60,927 bases of DNA, filler included, from 5 parts of 5 records of this genome joined end to end with filler, not necessarily neighbours in it; one strand, 5' to 3'. Shown: positions 10,092 through 21,170, numbered from the whole stretch's first letter. Program-made: numbers and translations. Notes: generated by a model not told the origin, from the letters alone.

Positions 10092-10648
10092 AACTATATA
10101 TAAAAAATATGGTTTGCAGTAGATGCAAAATGGTTGTAAAGTCCGAGCTAGAAAAGCTCGGACTGCAATTGTTAGCCGTTAATTTGGGTGAAGTAGAAAC
10201 TGTAGATGAAATCTCTGCTGCTCAGAAAAATGAAATAGCGGACCACTTAAAATTGTTTGGATTTGAACTGATTGGCAGTAAAAAAAGCAGAACCATTGAA
10301 CAAATTAAAACGCTTATTATTGATTTAGTTCATCACAAAGACAATCAACTCACAACGAATCTTTCTGATTATATCTCCACCCATTTGTCGCAGGACTATA
10401 ATTCATTAAGCAATCTTTTCTCGGAGGTAGAAAATACAACCATCGAAAAATATTATATCCATCAAAAAATAGAGAAAGTAAAAGAGTTATTGGTCTATGA
10501 CGAATTGTCTTTAAGTGAAATCTCATTTCAACTCAATTATAGCAGTGTAGGATATCTAAGCAATCAATTTAAAAAAGTAACAGGATATTCTCCCTCCTAC
10601 TTCAAACAACTAAAAGAAACAAAACGAAAGCAAATTGATGATCTCTAA
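10088..10648 (+). CDS. AraC-family transcriptional regulator with N-terminal HMA-like CxxC domain
   Basis: IKNMVCSRC N-terminus; C-terminal AraC HTH 'LSEISFQLNYSSVGYLSNQFKKVTGYSPSYFK'; overlaps the upstream gene by 4 nt. Confidence 0.88.
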   Translation: MKLYIKNMVCSRCKMVVKSELEKLGLQLLAVNLGEVETVDEISAAQKNEIADHLKLFGFELIGSKKSRTIEQIKTLIIDLVHHKDNQLTTNLSDYISTHLSQDYNSLSNLFSEVENTTIEKYYIHQKIEKVKELLVYDELSLSEISFQLNYSSVGYLSNQFKKVTGYSPSYFKQLKETKRKQIDDL

Positions 10649-10650
10649 AA

Positions 10651-10727
10651 GTTACAAATATTAGCCAAAATTCCGTAAATACTTAACGTAGAATACGTCG
10701 GATATTTGTAACCTCATAAATACTTAA
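10651..10727. promoter_or_regulatory. Candidate operator region upstream of the Cu-ATPase
   Basis: Perfect 11-bp inverted repeat GTTACAAATAT (10651-61) / ATATTTGTAAC (10702-12) plus 11-bp direct repeat TAAATACTTAA (10676-86, 10717-27). Confidence 0.4.
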
Positions 10728-10730
10728 ACA

Positions 10731-13106
10731 ATGGAACATTCATATCATATACACGGAATGACCTGCAATGGTTGCGCAAATCACGTAAAGGAAACTCTCT
10801 CAAAAGTCGAGGGCGTTACCAATGCAACCGTCGATCTAAAAAAGTCAGAGGCCAACATTGAAATGCAAAAGCACATTCCTATTGCGCAGCTGCAAAAAGC
10901 ACTCGAAAAAGATGGAGGAAGATACAGTATTCATCCTCACGGAGAGCATCATCACGTTGAAAAAAAGAAAGAACCGACTATGACCTCTGGTACTTTTTAT
11001 TGTCCCATGCATTGCGAAGGTGACAAAACGTATGACAAATCAGGAAGCTGTCCAGTTTGCGGAATGGATTTGGTTCCCGAGGTTGCAAGTTCTTCAGAAG
11101 AGGATACAACTTATAAAAAGCTCTTAAATAAATTCTGGCTTTCAGTAGCATTTACACTTCCTATTTTTCTAATCGCCATGTCTGAAATGCTACACGGTAA
11201 TCCTTTGTATACTGTGTTGGAACAGCGATGGTGGAATTGGATTCAGTTCCTTCTTTCCATTCCTGTTGTCTTCTATGCCACATCAATGTTCTTTCAGCGA
11301 GCGTGGGTATCGATAAAAACATTGAATTTGAACATGTTTACTTTGATAGGAATCGGTTCTGGGGTCGCATGGATTTTCAGTCTATTTGCAATGCTATTCC
11401 CTTCTATATTTCCGCCAGCATTTAAAACTGCAGATGGTAATGTGTTCGTTTATTTTGAAGCGGCAACCGTTATTCTCACTTTGGTTTTATTAGGTCAATT
11501 ATTAGAAGCGAGAGCACATAACCGCACCAGTGGAGCCATAAAAGAGTTATTGAAATTAGTTCCTTCCACGGCCACTCTGATTGAAAATGGTGAAGACAAA
11601 ATCATTGCCATTGATAAAATTCAAGAAGGTCATTTACTACGTGTTAAGCCAGGAGAGAAAATACCTGTCGATGGAAGTATTGTTGAAGGATACAGCAGCA
11701 TTGATGAGTCAATGATCACTGGCGAACCAATCCCTGTAGAGAAAACTGTCGATGACAAAGTGAGTTCTGGAACGATAAACGGCACTCAATCGTTTGTTAT
11801 GAAAGCCGAAAAAGTGGGTTCCGAAACGTTACTTTCTCAGATAATCCACATGGTGAATACCGCCAGCCGTTCAAAAGCACCGATTCAAAAACTAGCTGAT
11901 AAAATCTCCAAGTACTTTGTCCCAATTGTTTTAATCATATCGGCACTCACGTTCGTCCTCTGGGTAATTTATGGTCCGTCTCCTGCGTATGTTTTCGCAT
12001 TTGTGAATGCAATTGCCGTCCTAATTATTGCATGTCCTTGTGCCTTGGGACTTGCGACGCCAATGTCCGTTATGGTAGGTGTGGGCAAAGGAGCTCAATC
12101 GGGTGTTTTAATTAAAAACGCTGAAGCATTGGAAATAATGAATCATGTGGATACATTGATCGTGGACAAAACTGGAACGATAACCGAAGGAAAACCATCT
12201 GTTGAAACAATCGTTGCTTTCTCCGATATTCAGGAAGAAACATTGATCGGCTATATAAGTTCATTAAACCAATATAGCGAGCATCCACTGGCTGATGCGA
12301 TAATGAAATATGCCAAATCAAAAGGCGTTTCGTTGGTTCAAGTAAACGATTTTGAAACCGTTCCAGGGAAAGGCGTTGTCGGCACTGTTGATGGGAAAAA
12401 AGTAGTTCTTGGAAATAGAAAACTGTTGGAACAATTGTCCATCTCGCTCTCAAAAGAACTTTCAAATCAAGTGGTTTCCCAACAAGACGAAGGTAAAACT
12501 GTCTCCTATATTTGCGTCGACAATAAAGCCGTAGGTTACGTAGTCATTTTCGATGCGATTAAGCTGACAAGTCAACAAGCAATTGAAGAACTTCAACAGA
12601 GGGGAATTGAAGTGATTATGCTCACAGGCGACAATAAGAATACGGCTAAAGCTGTAGCACGACAGTTAAACCTCGCCAGCTTCAAAGCTGAATGTCTTCC
12701 TAACGATAAACTCAATGAAATCAAGCGACTTCAAAGCGAAGGAAGAATCGTCGCGATGGCAGGAGACGGGATTAATGATGCGCCCGCACTAGCGCAATCC
12801 AACGTTGGTATTGCCATGGGAACAGGAACAGATGTAGCGATTGAAAGTGCAGCAATTACCTTAGTAAAAGGAGATCTACAAGGAATTGTTAAGGCCAGAA
12901 AACTAAGTCACCGCGTGGTGAAAAATATCAGACAAAACCTGTTTTTTGCATTCTTCTATAACATCATTGGCGTTCCAATTGCCGCTGGAATTCTATATCC
13001 TTTCTTTGGTTTATTACTCTCTCCTATGATCGCAGCATTGGCCATGAGTTTTAGCTCAGTCTCCGTAATCGGCAATGCTCTGAGATTGCGAAACCTCAAA
13101 CTTTAA
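10731..13106 (+). CDS. copA: Copper-translocating P1B-type ATPase
   Basis: HMA GMTCNGC, His-rich linker, YCPMHC...CPVCGM metal domain, [30 protein letters not shown] and MxxSS Cu(I) signature. Confidence 0.95.
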   Translation: MEHSYHIHGMTCNGCANHVKETLSKVEGVTNATVDLKKSEANIEMQKHIPIAQLQKALEKDGGRYSIHPHGEHHHVEKKKEPTMTSGTFYCPMHCEGDKTYDKSGSCPVCGMDLVPEVASSSEEDTTYKKLLNKFWLSVAFTLPIFLIAMSEMLHGNPLYTVLEQRWWNWIQFLLSIPVVFYATSMFFQRAWVSIKTLNLNMFTLIGIGSGVAWIFSLFAMLFPSIFPPAFKTADGNVFVYFEAATVILTLVLLGQLLEARAHNRTSGAIKELLKLVPSTATLIENGEDKIIAIDKIQEGHLLRVKPGEKIPVDGSIVEGYSSIDESMITGEPIPVEKTVDDKVSSGTINGTQSFVMKAEKVGSETLLSQIIHMVNTASRSKAPIQKLADKISKYFVPIVLIISALTFVLWVIYGPSPAYVFAFVNAIAVLIIACPCALGLATPMSVMVGVGKGAQSGVLIKNAEALEIMNHVDTLIVDKTGTITEGKPSVETIVAFSDIQEETLIGYISSLNQYSEHPLADAIMKYAKSKGVSLVQVNDFETVPGKGVVGTVDGKKVVLGNRKLLEQLSISLSKELSNQVVSQQDEGKTVSYICVDNKAVGYVVIFDAIKLTSQQAIEELQQRGIEVIMLTGDNKNTAKAVARQLNLASFKAECLPNDKLNEIKRLQSEGRIVAMAGDGINDAPALAQSNVGIAMGTGTDVAIESAAITLVKGDLQGIVKARKLSHRVVKNIRQNLFFAFFYNIIGVPIAAGILYPFFGLLLSPMIAALAMSFSSVSVIGNALRLRNLKL

Positions 13107-13128
13107 AATCACACTAAGAATAAGTAAT

Positions 13129-15384
13129 ATGATCAATAAACTAAACAGATTAAAAAAAACAGTGTGGTTCTTGGTACTCCTGTTCTGCACAGCTCTCCAC
13201 GGTCTTTCCCAAAATGTGGTGAAATACGAATTAACGATCACTGATACGGTCGTTAATTTTTCTGGCAAAAATCGAAGAGCAATCGCAGTAAATGGACAAA
13301 TTCCGATGCCTACACTCACCTTTACGGAAGGTGACACCGCTGAAATTATTGTTCATAATAAGTTAAAAGAAGGTACTTCCTTACATTGGCATGGACTCTA
13401 TTTACCAAATCAGGAAGATGGAGTTCCTTATTTGACTCAAATGCCCATCAAACCAAACACATCGCATACCTATCGATTCCCGATTATCCAAAGTGGAACA
13501 CATTGGTATCACAGTCACAGTGGTTTACAAGAGCAAATAGGAATGTATGGCTCACTCATTTTAAATAAAAAAGAAGACGATCCTACTTTCAGAAAAGGGA
13601 TCGACGACATTCCTTCGGTTCCACTCATTTTAAGCGAATGGACTGACCTAAAACCCGAAAATGTACATCGAATGCTCCACAATGCAAACGATTGGGCGGC
13701 GATCAAAAAAGGAACGACGCAGAGTTACACTGAAGCCATAAAAGCAGGTCATTTTAAAACAAAATTAGGGAATGAGTGGAAACGTATGCTGGCGATGGAC
13801 GTGAGCGACGTTTACTACGACAAGTTTCTGATCAATGGGAAGAATGAAAGTCAACTTTCTCAGTTCAAAGCAGGAGAAAAGGTCCGACTCCGTGTCTCCA
13901 ATGGTGGTGCATCTTCGTATTTCTGGCTGAGTTACGCAGGAGGTAAAATGACGGTTGTTGCCAACGATGGAAACGATGTTCAACCGGTTGAAGTAGATCG
14001 ATTAATTATCGGCGTTTCAGAAACATACGACGTGATCGTTACTATTCCAAATGAAAACACAGCGTATGAATTCTTGGCGACTCCAGAAGATCGTACAAAT
14101 TCCGCGTCGATTTACTTGGGCAACGGAACCATTCAATTGAAAAGCAGAATGCCTAAACTGATGTATTTCGAAGGCATGAAAATGATGAACGACATGATGA
14201 ACCTCAACGGCTCTATGGATGATATGGGGATGAAAATGTCCTTGCAAAAAATGGATATGAATACAGTTATGTATCCCGAAATTGTTGGAGAAGAAATGAA
14301 TCATGACGAAATGATACACGACCCAATGGATATGGATTCTTCCACGAATCATTCGATGGAATCCAACGCTGAAATTGTAACCCTCAATTACGAGATGTTG
14401 AAGTCAACCCAGCCAACGACGCTGCCTCAAGATGCGCCCGTTCGTGAATTGCGTTTTGAACTCTCTGGAAACATGAATCGTTATGTATGGAGCATGGACA
14501 ACAAAGTGCTCTCGGAAACAGATAAAATTCTGATCAAGAAAGGCGAAAATGTTCGAATTACACTTTACAATGGATCAATGATGAGACATCCAATGCACCT
14601 GCATGGGCACGACTTCAGATTGCTCAATGGACAAGGCGAATATGCGCCATTGATGAACGTACTGGATATCATGCCGATGGAAACGGACGTTATAGAATTC
14701 AATGCGAATCTGGAAGGAGATTGGTTCTTTCACTGTCATATTCTTTATCACATGATGGCAGGAATGAATCGCGTTTTTTCCTACGAAGAACAACCGCCAA
14801 ATCCGTATTTACCGAATAAAAAATGGGCGTATAAAAAACTTCAGCGAGAAAGTAACGGAGTCCATTTTATGATCGAAAATGATTTTGCAACGAACGGAAA
14901 TGATGGAATGGCCATGTTTCAGAATACACGTTGGAGTCTCGGAACTGAGTGGAGATTAGGCTATCACGATCGTCACGGATATGAAACAGAAACGCACCTT
15001 GGAAGATATTTCGGAAGAAATCAATGGTTAATGCCTTTTGTTGGTTTCGATTGGCGTTACAGAAAAACAAATGGTGAATTTGAAGAAAATCTGTTCGGAC
15101 AAATCAACACAAAAGATAAACGTGGAGTGGCAAGTCTCGGTGTTGCGTATACTCTGCCGTTGCTAATCATTTTGCAAGGAGAAGTTTTTCACGATGGAAA
15201 CGTTCGCTTTCAATTAATGCGAGAAGATATTCCCATTTCTCCACGTTTGAGGTTTGCCTTCATGATCAATACGGACAAAGAATATATGACTGGACTAAAA
15301 TATGTTGTTACCCGAAACCTCAAAATATCAGCTCATTACGACAGTGATATGGGACTAGGATTTGGGGCAACATTGAACTACTAA
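13129..15384 (+). CDS. CopA/PcoA-type multicopper oxidase with Met-rich region and C-terminal beta-barrel-like (CopB-like) extension
   Basis: HWHG, WYHSH, HPMHLHGH and HCHILYHM copper ligands; Met-rich insert; about 180 aa amphipathic-strand C-terminus ending in Tyr. Confidence 0.9.
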   Translation: MINKLNRLKKTVWFLVLLFCTALHGLSQNVVKYELTITDTVVNFSGKNRRAIAVNGQIPMPTLTFTEGDTAEIIVHNKLKEGTSLHWHGLYLPNQEDGVPYLTQMPIKPNTSHTYRFPIIQSGTHWYHSHSGLQEQIGMYGSLILNKKEDDPTFRKGIDDIPSVPLILSEWTDLKPENVHRMLHNANDWAAIKKGTTQSYTEAIKAGHFKTKLGNEWKRMLAMDVSDVYYDKFLINGKNESQLSQFKAGEKVRLRVSNGGASSYFWLSYAGGKMTVVANDGNDVQPVEVDRLIIGVSETYDVIVTIPNENTAYEFLATPEDRTNSASIYLGNGTIQLKSRMPKLMYFEGMKMMNDMMNLNGSMDDMGMKMSLQKMDMNTVMYPEIVGEEMNHDEMIHDPMDMDSSTNHSMESNAEIVTLNYEMLKSTQPTTLPQDAPVRELRFELSGNMNRYVWSMDNKVLSETDKILIKKGENVRITLYNGSMMRHPMHLHGHDFRLLNGQGEYAPLMNVLDIMPMETDVIEFNANLEGDWFFHCHILYHMMAGMNRVFSYEEQPPNPYLPNKKWAYKKLQRESNGVHFMIENDFATNGNDGMAMFQNTRWSLGTEWRLGYHDRHGYETETHLGRYFGRNQWLMPFVGFDWRYRKTNGEFEENLFGQINTKDKRGVASLGVAYTLPLLIILQGEVFHDGNVRFQLMREDIPISPRLRFAFMINTDKEYMTGLKYVVTRNLKISAHYDSDMGLGFGATLNY

Positions 15385-15441
15385 TACCGTCGATTATTTC
15401 TTTTTTTTAGATTTTGGAGAATTTCTTCCAAAGAATTTACA

Positions 15442-15449
15442 TAGTTTTG
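15442..15449 (+). promoter_or_regulatory. Likely -7 promoter element of the his operon
   Basis: TAGTTTTG (TAnnTTTG) 16 nt before the leader ATG. Confidence 0.5.
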
Positions 15450-15465
15450 CACCAACAAAGAAACA

Positions 15466-15522
15466 ATGAACATAAATCAATTACATCATCATCATTTTCA
15501 TTCTTGCACTCAAGCGAGCTGA
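15466..15522 (+). CDS. hisL: his operon leader peptide MNINQLHHHHFHSCTQAS
   Basis: Read directly from the sequence: ATG at 15466, four tandem CAT codons plus a fifth, TGA at 15520-22; upstream of hisG; absent from the ORF track. Confidence 0.9.
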   Translation: MNINQLHHHHFHSCTQAS

Positions 15523-15586
15523 ATATGATATGTAGAAATTGCACATAATATTTAAAACCGTTTGAGTAAGTCAAACGGTTTTTTTG
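15508..15586 (+). terminator. his attenuator (terminator and antiterminator)
   Basis: Terminator AAAACCGTTTGA (15554-65) / TCAAACGGTTTT (15571-82) plus T run; antiterminator ACTCAAGCG (15508-16) pairs with CGTTTGAGT (15559-67). Confidence 0.85.
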
Positions 15587-15632
15587 TTTCTATCACTTCC
15601 GATTCGATTTACTCAAGCACAATAATTAAACA

Positions 15633-16490
15633 ATGAGTAAATTGAAAATCGCCATCCAAAAAAGTGGCAGATTAAGTGAAAAATCGCTAGAACTTTTAAA
15701 AAATTGCGGAATCAAGGTTTCCAATGGAAGTCGAACCTTAAAAACGTCAGCCTCAAATTTTCCGATAGAAGTATTATTTCTCAGAGATGATGACATTCCC
15801 CAATATGTTGAACAAGGAATCGCGGACATTGGAATTCTTGGAGAAAATGAGGTCTGGGAGAAAAACAAAGACGTTGCACAAATTGAAAAACTAGGATTCG
15901 CAGGTTGCCGTTTATCGTTAGCCATTCCGAGAGAAACCAACTATTCTTCCATCGCGTACTTTAACGGGAAAAGAGTCGCAACGAGCTACCCTGTGATTCT
16001 CTCTTCTTTCTTCAAAAAACAAAACATTTCAGCGGAGATTGAAGAAATCGGAGGCAGCGTGGAAATTGCTCCAGGAATTGGACTCGCCGACGGGATATTC
16101 GATATCGTAAGCACAGGAAGTACGCTTCTCATGAATGGTTTGAAAGAAGTGGAAATTGTTGCGAAAAGCGAAGCTGTATTAATCGCAAATAACAATCTTT
16201 CCAACGAAAATCAATCCATTCTCGACAAACTTCTCTTTCGGATTCGCGCGGTGAAAAATGCCTCAGAGAATAAATACATTCTCCTCAATGCTCCCACAAA
16301 TCAAATTGCCGCAATCACTGAAATTCTTCCAGGAATGAAAAGTCCAACAGTTCTCCCACTGGCGGAAAATGGCTGGTCAAGTTTACACTCTGTGGTGAAC
16401 GAAAACGCGTTTTGGGACATTATCGATCAACTCAAAACCCTCGGAGCAGAAGGAATTCTTGTTGTACCTATTGAAAAAATGATCTTATGA
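15633..16490 (+). CDS. hisG: ATP phosphoribosyltransferase (long form)
   Basis: IAIQKSGRL, LRDDDIP, ATSYP, GSVEIAPGIGLAD.I.DIVSTGSTL; C-terminal regulatory domain. Confidence 0.97.
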   Translation: MSKLKIAIQKSGRLSEKSLELLKNCGIKVSNGSRTLKTSASNFPIEVLFLRDDDIPQYVEQGIADIGILGENEVWEKNKDVAQIEKLGFAGCRLSLAIPRETNYSSIAYFNGKRVATSYPVILSSFFKKQNISAEIEEIGGSVEIAPGIGLADGIFDIVSTGSTLLMNGLKEVEIVAKSEAVLIANNNLSNENQSILDKLLFRIRAVKNASENKYILLNAPTNQIAAITEILPGMKSPTVLPLAENGWSSLHSVVNENAFWDIIDQLKTLGAEGILVVPIEKMIL

Positions 16491-17776
16491 AAACCTTTTT
16501 GAATCCGCCAAAAAACGAGTGGACAGCACTCTGCGAACGCCCAAAAATAGAGACTTCAAAACTTTCCGAATTAGTGCGTTCTGTATTCCAACGCATCGAA
16601 GTTCAAGGCGATGCTGCCGTTCGTGGTTATACCAAAACGTTTGACAAAGTAACGATTGTTCAAACCCGTGTTTCCGAAGCTGAAATTGAAGAAGCTACAC
16701 AGTTCGTTTCCTTCGAACTAAAAACAGCGATTGCACTTGCACAAGCGAACATTGAAAAGTTTCACGCAGCGCAAAAAAGTATTCCTCAAATCATTGAAAC
16801 AACCTCTGGTGTAGATTGTTGGAGAGAATCACGCGGTATTGAAAACGTTGGAATCTACATTCCGGGAGGAAGCGCGCCACTTTTCTCGACCGTATTAATG
16901 CTTGGAATTCCTGCTCGATTGGCTGGTTGCAAACGCATTGTACTCTGCTCTCCACCAAATCTTGAAGGGGAAATTGATCCTGCGATTTTGTATACCGCAC
17001 AGCTTGTCGGAGTCACTGAAATTTATAAAATTGGCGGAATCCAAGCCATTGCGACTCTCGCGTTGGGAACGGAATCTATTGAAAAAGTAGACAAGATTTT
17101 TGGTCCAGGAAACCAATACGTGACTGCAGCCAAAGAATTGGCAAGTACACGGGGAGTAGCCATCGATATGCCTGCTGGACCGAGTGAAGTTTTGGTAATC
17201 GCGGACGACTCTTGCATTCCTTCTTTTGTAGCTGCGGATCTTCTTTCTCAAGCTGAACACGGAGCAGATAGTCAAGTTATGTTGCTTTCTACGAATCCGG
17301 AAATTTTAACCGCAGTGGAAACAGAATTGATCAAACAACTCGACTCTCTTCCACGGATCGCTATCGCACAAAAAGCACTTGAAAATAGTCGCTTTGTTTG
17401 TTTGGACACACTGAATGATTGCTTTGAACTCAGCAATCGTTACGCACCCGAACACCTGATTCTCGCCATTGAGAATCCTAAAAAATGGCTCTCGGAAATC
17501 GCCAATGCAGGTTCCGTATTTATCGGAAATTACAGTTGCGAAAGTGCGGGCGATTATGCTAGTGGAACAAATCACACCCTTCCAACAAATGGCTACGCAC
17601 GAAATTACAGCGGTGTTTCTCTGGACAGTTTTGTGAAAAAAATCACCTTCCAAGAGTTGAGCGCGCAAGGAATTAAAAACATCGGTCCTGCGATTGAAAT
17701 CATGGCAGAAGCGGAAGGTTTAATCGCACACAAAAATGCCGTTTCACTTCGATTAAAAGCACTTCAAAATGACTAA
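16487..17776 (+). CDS. hisD: Histidinol dehydrogenase
   Basis: GIYIPGG, GPGNQYV, DMPAGPSEV, DLLSQAEH, APEHL, GDYASGTNHTLPT. Confidence 0.97.
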   Translation: MKTFLNPPKNEWTALCERPKIETSKLSELVRSVFQRIEVQGDAAVRGYTKTFDKVTIVQTRVSEAEIEEATQFVSFELKTAIALAQANIEKFHAAQKSIPQIIETTSGVDCWRESRGIENVGIYIPGGSAPLFSTVLMLGIPARLAGCKRIVLCSPPNLEGEIDPAILYTAQLVGVTEIYKIGGIQAIATLALGTESIEKVDKIFGPGNQYVTAAKELASTRGVAIDMPAGPSEVLVIADDSCIPSFVAADLLSQAEHGADSQVMLLSTNPEILTAVETELIKQLDSLPRIAIAQKALENSRFVCLDTLNDCFELSNRYAPEHLILAIENPKKWLSEIANAGSVFIGNYSCESAGDYASGTNHTLPTNGYARNYSGVSLDSFVKKITFQELSAQGIKNIGPAIEIMAEAEGLIAHKNAVSLRLKALQND

Positions 17777-18800
17777 ACTCGAACAACTTATTCGTCCAAA
17801 CATTCTCAGTCTTGCCGCTTATTCAAGTGCCCGCGATGAATTTAATGGAGATGACGCAGTGTTTTTAGACGCGAATGAAAATCCATTTGGAAGTCTAAAC
17901 CGCTATCCTGATCCGTATCAAAAAGCGTTAAAATCGAAGTTGTCGATCGTTAAAAATGTCTTCGCGAAAAACCTTTTTATTGGCAACGGAAGCGATGAAA
18001 TAATCGATCTTTTGTTCCGCATTTTTTGCGAACCTGGAAAGGACAAAGCGTTGACATTTTCACCGACTTACGGAATGTATGAAGTGTCCGCAAACATCAA
18101 TGATGTTGAACTCATTCAAGTGCCGCTGAACGATGATTTTGGAATCAACATAGAGCAAACAAATGAAGCGCTGAATGATCCTTCCATCAAACTTCTGTTT
18201 ATCTGCTCTCCGAATAACCCAACTGGAAATCTAATTAATTCCGAATTAATCGAGCGAATTTTGCGGAAATTTAATGGAATCGTCGTCATTGATGAAGCCT
18301 ACATTGATTTCTCGGATCAACAATCATGGTCGCAACGCATCTCTGAATTTTCCAATTTGGTGGTTTGTCAAACCTTTTCTAAAGCTTACGGAATCGCTTC
18401 AGCGAGGGTTGGAATTGCAATTACAAATTCGGAAATAATCACTTATTTGAACAAAGTAAAACCGCCGTACAATGTCAGCTCACTGAATCAAAATGCAGCA
18501 ATAAAATGCTTAGAAAACAGCGCCGAAATTGGACGTCAAATTGACCTGATAAAAAAGGAACGTTCTAATGTGATTGATCAATTATTGAAACTGAAAATTG
18601 TCACACACATCTTTCCCACGCAAAGCAATTTTGTCCTTGTTCGTGTTTCCAATGCTGCGGCCATTTATTCTTATCTCGTATCGAAAGGCGTTGTTGTACG
18701 AAATCGTACTCGCGTTGTTGAGAACTGTCTTCGGATTACCATCGGCTCACCCGAAGAAAACACCCAATTAATGAATTTACTCAAAAAATATCCTTCATGA
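17769..18800 (+). CDS. hisC: Histidinol-phosphate aminotransferase
   Basis: [38 protein letters not shown]. Confidence 0.96.
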   Translation: MTKLEQLIRPNILSLAAYSSARDEFNGDDAVFLDANENPFGSLNRYPDPYQKALKSKLSIVKNVFAKNLFIGNGSDEIIDLLFRIFCEPGKDKALTFSPTYGMYEVSANINDVELIQVPLNDDFGINIEQTNEALNDPSIKLLFICSPNNPTGNLINSELIERILRKFNGIVVIDEAYIDFSDQQSWSQRISEFSNLVVCQTFSKAYGIASARVGIAITNSEIITYLNKVKPPYNVSSLNQNAAIKCLENSAEIGRQIDLIKKERSNVIDQLLKLKIVTHIFPTQSNFVLVRVSNAAAIYSYLVSKGVVVRNRTRVVENCLRITIGSPEENTQLMNLLKKYPS

Positions 18801-19885
18801 AAAAAGTACTTTTTATAGATCGCGACGGAACGCTTGTGACCGAACCACCCATCAATTTCCAACTCGATAGTTTAGAAAAACTTGAATTCTATCCTGAAGT
18901 TTTTCAATACCTCGGAAAGATCGCCAAAGAACTCGATTACGAATTAGTGATGGTTACCAACCAAGATGGACTTGGAACAGCATCTTTTCCAGAAGAAACA
19001 TTTTGGCCCGCTCAAAACAAAATTATTCAAGCCTTCAAAAATGAGGGAATTATGTTTTCTGAAATCTTAATCGATCGCTCTTTTCCTGAAGACAATTCAC
19101 CTATGCGAAAACCAAGAACTGGAATGCTCATGCACTTCATCAAAGGAGATTATGACCTAAAAAAATCGTTTGTTTTGGGAGATCGGATCACAGATCTTGA
19201 ACTTGCGAAAAATTTGGGTGCTCAAGGAATTTATCTTGGTGAGAATAATCCCGAAGCGATTCTTTCCACGAAGAAATGGTCTGAAATCTACGCATTTCTT
19301 AAAGGTCAACCAAGAACGGCGTCGATTACACGAAGAACCTCGGAAACGAACATTCAAGTTTCACTAAACTTAGATGGAAATGCGAAGAGTACCATCTCAA
19401 CGGGATTAGGATTTTTCGATCACATGTTGGAACAAATTGCACGGCACGGAAATATTGATCTGGAAATTTCCGTTCAAGGTGATTTAGAAATTGACGAACA
19501 CCACACCATTGAAGACGTTGCAATTACCTTGGGCGAAGCTTTTTCTCAAGCACTCGGAAAGAAAAAAGGCATTGAACGCTACGGTTTTCTACTTCCCATG
19601 GACGATTGTCTCGCACAAGTCGCAATCGATTTTGGCGGTCGACCTTGGTTAGTCTGGGATGCCGAATTCAAACGTGAAATGATTGGAGAAATGCCGACAG
19701 AAATGTTCATGCACTTTTTTAAATCGTTCAGCGACGGCGCAAAATGTAATTTGAATGTTAAAGCCGAAGGAACGAACGAGCACCACAAGATCGAATCGAT
19801 TTTCAAAGCATTCGCGAAATCCATCAAAATGGCAGTGGTGCTTACCTCCAATTCGTCCATCCCAAGCACAAAAGGAACATTATGA
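18797..19885 (+). CDS. hisB: Bifunctional histidinol-phosphatase / imidazoleglycerol-phosphate dehydratase
   Basis: N-terminal HAD FIDRDGT; C-terminal [28 protein letters not shown]. Confidence 0.97.
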   Translation: MKKVLFIDRDGTLVTEPPINFQLDSLEKLEFYPEVFQYLGKIAKELDYELVMVTNQDGLGTASFPEETFWPAQNKIIQAFKNEGIMFSEILIDRSFPEDNSPMRKPRTGMLMHFIKGDYDLKKSFVLGDRITDLELAKNLGAQGIYLGENNPEAILSTKKWSEIYAFLKGQPRTASITRRTSETNIQVSLNLDGNAKSTISTGLGFFDHMLEQIARHGNIDLEISVQGDLEIDEHHTIEDVAITLGEAFSQALGKKKGIERYGFLLPMDDCLAQVAIDFGGRPWLVWDAEFKREMIGEMPTEMFMHFFKSFSDGAKCNLNVKAEGTNEHHKIESIFKAFAKSIKMAVVLTSNSSIPSTKGTL

Positions 19886-20460
19886 TAGCCATCATCGATT
19901 ATGGAGCTGGAAATATTCGCTCCGTTCAAAACGCACTGAGTAGATTGGGAGTTAAAAGTATTCTCACCTCTAATTCAGAAGCAATTCGTTCGAGTGAGAA
20001 AGTCATTTTCCCCGGTGTTGGGGAAGCGAGCACAGCGATGAGATTTTTGAAGGAAAAAGAACTTGATCTAGTAATTCCGGCACTCACGCAGCCTGTTTTA
20101 GGAATCTGTCTTGGACTTCAACTCATGTGCGCTTCGTCTGAAGAAGGAACTACAGAATGTCTTGGGATTTTTAACAGTGTTGTCCGCCGATTTTTAGACG
20201 ATCAAATTGTTCCACATACAGGGTGGAATAATTGCTCAGAGGTTCAATCTGAACTCTTCAACGGAATTTCTGTTCAGGACGATTTTTACTTCGTTCATAG
20301 TTATTATGCCGAACTGTGCGAAGAAACGATCGCCATTGGTGACTACGGATTTCCATTCAGCGCAGCTTTGCAAAAGAACAATTTTTATGCAACCCAGTTT
20401 CACCCAGAAAAATCAGGTGGAATTGGAGAACGTATCCTTCAAAACTTTATCAACTTATGA
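19882..20460 (+). CDS. hisH: IGP synthase glutaminase subunit
   Basis: [32 protein letters not shown]. Confidence 0.97.
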   Translation: MIAIIDYGAGNIRSVQNALSRLGVKSILTSNSEAIRSSEKVIFPGVGEASTAMRFLKEKELDLVIPALTQPVLGICLGLQLMCASSEEGTTECLGIFNSVVRRFLDDQIVPHTGWNNCSEVQSELFNGISVQDDFYFVHSYYAELCEETIAIGDYGFPFSAALQKNNFYATQFHPEKSGGIGERILQNFINL

Positions 20461-21170
20461 AAATAATTCCCGCAATCGACCTCATCGACGGAAAATGTGT
20501 CCGCTTAACAAAAGGCGATTATTCAACCAAAAAAGTATACAGTGAAAATCCGTTAGAAATAGCAAAACAATTTGAAGATGCTGGTGTCGAATATCTCCAT
20601 TTAGTAGACCTCGACGGAGCAAAAGCGCAGCACATCGTCAACTACGAAGTTCTGAAAGAAATTACTTCAAAAACACAGTTAAAAGTCGATTTTGGCGGTG
20701 GACTCAAAAGCACAGAAGACTTAAAAATCGCCTTCGAAAACGGAGCAAATCAAGTAACTGGGGGGAGCATTGCAATTAAACAACCTCAGCTATTTTTGTC
20801 TTGGCTAGAAACGTATGGAAGCGACAGAATCCTGCTTGGTGCAGACTGTCTCGACCGCAAAATCGCAACGCAAGGTTGGACGGAAACTTCCGCAATCGAT
20901 GTCCTTGAATTTATTCGACACTACAAGAAACAAGGAATTGATCAGGTCATTTGCACAGACATTTCGAAAGACGGAATGCTTGAAGGTCCATCTTTGAACC
21001 TTTATGATGAGATTTTGTCCAACACAAAGATTCAGTTAATCGCGAGTGGCGGTGTCTCATCCATATTGGATTTACACAATTTAAAACAGCTCGGTTGCTC
21101 AGGTGCAATTGTCGGAAAAGCGATTTACGAGGGAAAGATCACGCTCAAACAACTCTCTGCATTATGCTAA
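20457..21170 (+). CDS. hisA: ProFAR isomerase
   Basis: [38 protein letters not shown]. Confidence 0.97.
   Translation: MKIIPAIDLIDGKCVRLTKGDYSTKKVYSENPLEIAKQFEDAGVEYLHLVDLDGAKAQHIVNYEVLKEITSKTQLKVDFGGGLKSTEDLKIAFENGANQVTGGSIAIKQPQLFLSWLETYGSDRILLGADCLDRKIATQGWTETSAIDVLEFIRHYKKQGIDQVICTDISKDGMLEGPSLNLYDEILSNTKIQLIASGGVSSILDLHNLKQLGCSGAIVGKAIYEGKITLKQLSALC

Noticed and set aside
8667-15384. Copper locus as a mobile element
   Set aside because: No integrase, transposase, terminal repeats or clear compositional boundary seen
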